Assembly: GCF_000315625.1 (NCBI RefSeq) | Contig: NW_005434555.1 | Span: forward strand, 1-64,000 | Direction of reading: 5' to 3' | Length of the DNA: 64,000 nucleotides | Source of the DNA: Guillardia theta CCMP2712 | Taxonomy: Eukaryota; Protista; Cryptophyta | Part shown: piece by piece, positions 60,685 through 64,000 of the stretch | Numbering within the stretch: the stretch's first letter is position 1 | How the letters are laid out: each line of letters starts with the position of its first letter | Notes under the pieces: generated by a model | Told to the model about the DNA's origin: nothing | Databases searched by the model: none | Seen by the model: the letters and a program-made list of their open reading frames with translations, nothing else | Translations under genes and position numbers: made by a program

Positions 60685-63600
60685 TTATCATACAATCTCC
60701 CTGACCTCACACTTGTACCTCTACAGCTCCACGTCGGTTAAGAATAAATCGTCTGCTTCATCCCCTTACACGAGTTGGGCACCACGCACATTCGCTGTCC
60801 CTTGGGCAGGAACGCGGCACCCGCTAGGTTGAAGTTCATCTCCACCACTTGGCTCAGCGTCATCCCGAACCTCGCCGCCACCACGTCCAGCCCTACGTCC
60901 GCCAGCTCCGACCTGTACACGTGCCCGACGCTGATGTTCTGCTGGCTGTAGACCAGATAGTCCGGGTGAAACACCTTGGCGTTGAGGCTCCACAAGAGGA
61001 TCCAGTCCATGTTGAAGAGCGCCGCGATCTCCTGCAGCTGCTGGTCCCGCCCCACCGAGTACACACAAGGCAGCACCGTCACAAGGATGCACCGCTCTGA
61101 CGACGAGGGTACGAGCCCAGCACAGTTCGAGCTGCTCAGCAGCTTCTTCGCCACAAAGCAGCTCAGCGAGCTGTACCCGCCCACCTTGGGCGAGGGGGTC
61201 CATCTCAGCGTCTTGTACCGCCCCGTACAGCCCCAGCTCGCAACCAGCAGGGAGGATAGGGAGGCGCCCGGAGGAAGCATGCTCCCCGACGCCACCTCCA
61301 GCGATACCTGCGACTGACAATCCGCCACAGACACGCCGAGGTCAACTGCAGTCTCCCTGCCCATGATCAGCTCGACTGATGCTGGGATCGAGCTGTTGAA
61401 CTTGGGAGCATCTTCTACGATGACGTTGATGCCTAGGCACTTGAGAGGAGACATGGCGACCGTCGCGTAGTTGGCGATGCACAGACCGTTAGACGAGCAG
61501 TCAGCGTTCGACTTGCATGATCGGTCGAGCTGGTTGGAGCAGAGCGAGCCGTTGAGGAAGCGAGCATGCGACTGGAAGCAGATGAAGTTCATCCCCAGGT
61601 CCTGCTGGCAGGGGGTCCACGTCACCTTCATCGACACACTCTGACTTGTCGTCGACGTCGTCGACCTCGCAGCGTGGAAGAACATCGTGCTCGGCGACCT
61701 GCCGCTGTCCAGCAGCAGCTTTGCAACACGCATGTCAGCACCCTCCCCTGCTCCACCTCTCGCCTACCTGCAGCGACGACAAGTCGCTCGACGAGGTCAC
61801 CGTGCTCGTCAGGGTCAGCTCCAGGTACGTTCCCGCGGTCACACTCAACGTCGACAACTTGGCCATCATCGGTGGGAGGCTAGTGGAGGCATCGGCAGAG
61901 CCTGAGCTTGAGAAGAAGCCGGAGAACTCCAAGCTCGGCTCGTTGATGGTCAAGCTCCCGACCTTGAACTGACTGACGCCGCTGCAGCTCACAGCTTCGA
62001 TCGTTTGCGAGACGATGTCGACAGGCACTCCGGTCAGGTTGGCATCCCATGACAAGTAGACAGTCAACTGGTTGTAGCCCGGAAGAAGCTGCAGCGACAG
62101 AGCGTAAGGGCTGACCGACGAGTCTGAGGGCGCCTGTACACACTTCTGGCTCGCATGCGAGACTCTCGGGTTCGCTACGTCAGTCTGAAGGATGTAGTTC
62201 GACTGGTCTACCCCCATCGGGTACGTCGGCCTCACTTGCGAGTATCGGCAGGTCGTCCTGTAGGCTGGACATGAGCTTTCTGCCGCCGATGCCTTACCCC
62301 AGTCAAAGCTGTACAGAAGCAGCAGCTGGGAAGCTATCTGGTAGTCGGTCGCACTTGTCATGCTCTGCCCGTACAGGGAAGTTGGGTCTCCATAGCTGTT
62401 GGACAAGGACGGCTCAATCTGCCTCTGGTACCACCGCACTATCTCTCCTTCGTTCCTTTCTCCCAGCCAGAACCGCCATTCTCGTAGCGATCTGCACAGC
62501 ATCGCTCACTTTCTTCCCTCACCCCTCAGCGTCCAGGCTCACCCGTGAAAGTAGGACGGGGGACCCGCCGCTCCTCGATATCCTCCGAACAGAAGGTAGG
62601 CTCCCGACCCCATGGAGTCAGTCGAGTATGACGTGCGAGGACCCTCGACCTGCAGTCAACATGAGTCCACCGCGTCACTCCTGCTTGACAAGCTTCACCG
62701 GGTTCGATTCTCCTTCCGACAAGGCTTTGAGCGCAATCCCTGGGCGTCGCCCTCCCGTGCACCCTCCTCCTGCTTGGCACGGAGGATACTCCCCCTTGCT
62801 CAGCACTTGCCTGTACGGAGGTTCGCGCGCCACGTCAGCAACTAGTATCGAGGAAGGGCAGGGATCATCGCACCCGTTGACGTAGACTTTGTAGGTAGAG
62901 TAGTACTTCGAGCTCTGAGAGAACGAATGGCGAACTACTGCCAAGTGCATGCAGCGACCCACTGCCAGCTTCTCCTGCAAGCCAAGTGAGCAACTACCGC
63001 TCTACGGCCGAGCACGAAGAAGCGCGAGAGCATCGAAGCATTACCGCCATGGCAAATGCAACAACGGACAGAGCAAAGTTGTTGTCACTGTCGATTTGCA
63101 GCTCGTGTCCGACCGTCACGTGTGTCTCGTTCACTTTCACGTAGCTGACATCACAACGTCGTCACCTCTCGGAGCATAACGAGCACATTCAGTACATCAT
63201 TGATATCTCGCAGCTCTTGCTTGCTTGACAAGTCGCGGAGCTTGATCCCGTGGAGAGCACGACTCCTCCTTCTGCCGAGTCGATTCTGACCACGCCTTCA
63301 ATCTGACCCCACACCCGCTCGTCAGCGCTTCCTCCCACCATGTTGGTGGCACACAGACAGGACAAGAGCGTATGAGGGGAGTGAGATTACCGTGGACGCA
63401 GGGACGTTGACATGCGACTGTATCAAGTACCCAAAGCATCGCAGCCCGTTCTGTCTCATACTATCAGTTCTCCTCGCAACCCTTACAAGTACTCAACATT
63501 TTGTCCAATGACGCACTGCTCTGCAGATGTAGCGATGTGGTAGCTCAGCGGAAGCATGGCGATGCCGTTGCCCGTCTGATCGCCGAACTGTGTCAGCGTG

Positions 63601-64000
63601 TTTGTCTGGGTAGGCTCGTCCACTTTCAGGTAGGGAGCAGACACAGACCGACCCTGCGGGTCTCTCATGGCCGCAGGGATGAAGACCGTGACGTAGTCTC
63701 CGTATTGAGCGTTCTGACAGTACTTCCCTCCGATCATGGGAGGAACGAAAGATCGCGGAGAGCTGACGCTCCGGAGCAGGTCAACCTCGCCAAGCAGCAG
63801 CCACGGCTGGTTCCCTCCTTGCAGCAGGTTCGAGATCCGACAGCATCCTGAGAACTTCACGACCCAAGGAGACCCGCCGTTGTTGGGAGTAGCGTAAACA
63901 TGCTCGAACACTGCCTGACCTAAAATCCAGTTGCTCTCGATCGAGTATGCGATGATCTTCATCGTCAGCCTGTCCAATATGAAGCCGTCCCCGAAATCAA
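60685..64000 (-). repeat. Inverted segmental duplication of 34493-37809
   Basis: Identity covers introns and ~55 nt of 3' flank, ending at ...gtatgataaa. Confidence 0.95.
60738..64000 (-). CDS. Inverted near-identical paralogue of the 34175-37755 LysM gene (5' end beyond the window)
   Basis: ORFs 60738-61733, 61735-62502 and 63483-63977 match 36760-37755, 35991-36758 and ~34516-35010 with few substitutions. Confidence 0.9.

Overview
Eukaryotic nuclear DNA, gene-dense, with many short (~45-55 nt) GT-AG introns, purine/pyrimidine-skewed microsatellites and several N-terminal signal-peptide leaders. This pattern fits a cryptophyte alga of the Guillardia type; that is an inference and was not tested. 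The ORF track is fragmented by introns, so gene models were spliced by eye and their boundaries are approximate. In order: a giant secreted Cys-rich protein made of EGF-like exon repeats plus ~4.2 near-identical 1356-bp units; a modular minisatellite with an inverted head; a coiled-coil protein; a cyclic-nucleotide-binding K+ channel; a MORN protein; a THUMP/RlmL-type RNA methyltransferase that splices in frame into a YkgJ Cys-cluster domain; a CS-domain protein; two unknown genes; a LamG/LysM surface-protein cluster; a ZIP transporter; an LRR-RRM protein; a TKL kinase; a formin with an N-terminal B-box zinc finger; an EF-hand protein; a DEAD-box helicase; and a recent inverted duplicate of the large LysM gene. 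No rRNA, tRNA, CRISPR or transposase was seen. The best leads are the B-box formin, the methyltransferase-YkgJ fusion, the expanding LysM/LamG cluster, the signal-peptide + LRGG leaders and the homogenised Cys-rich array.
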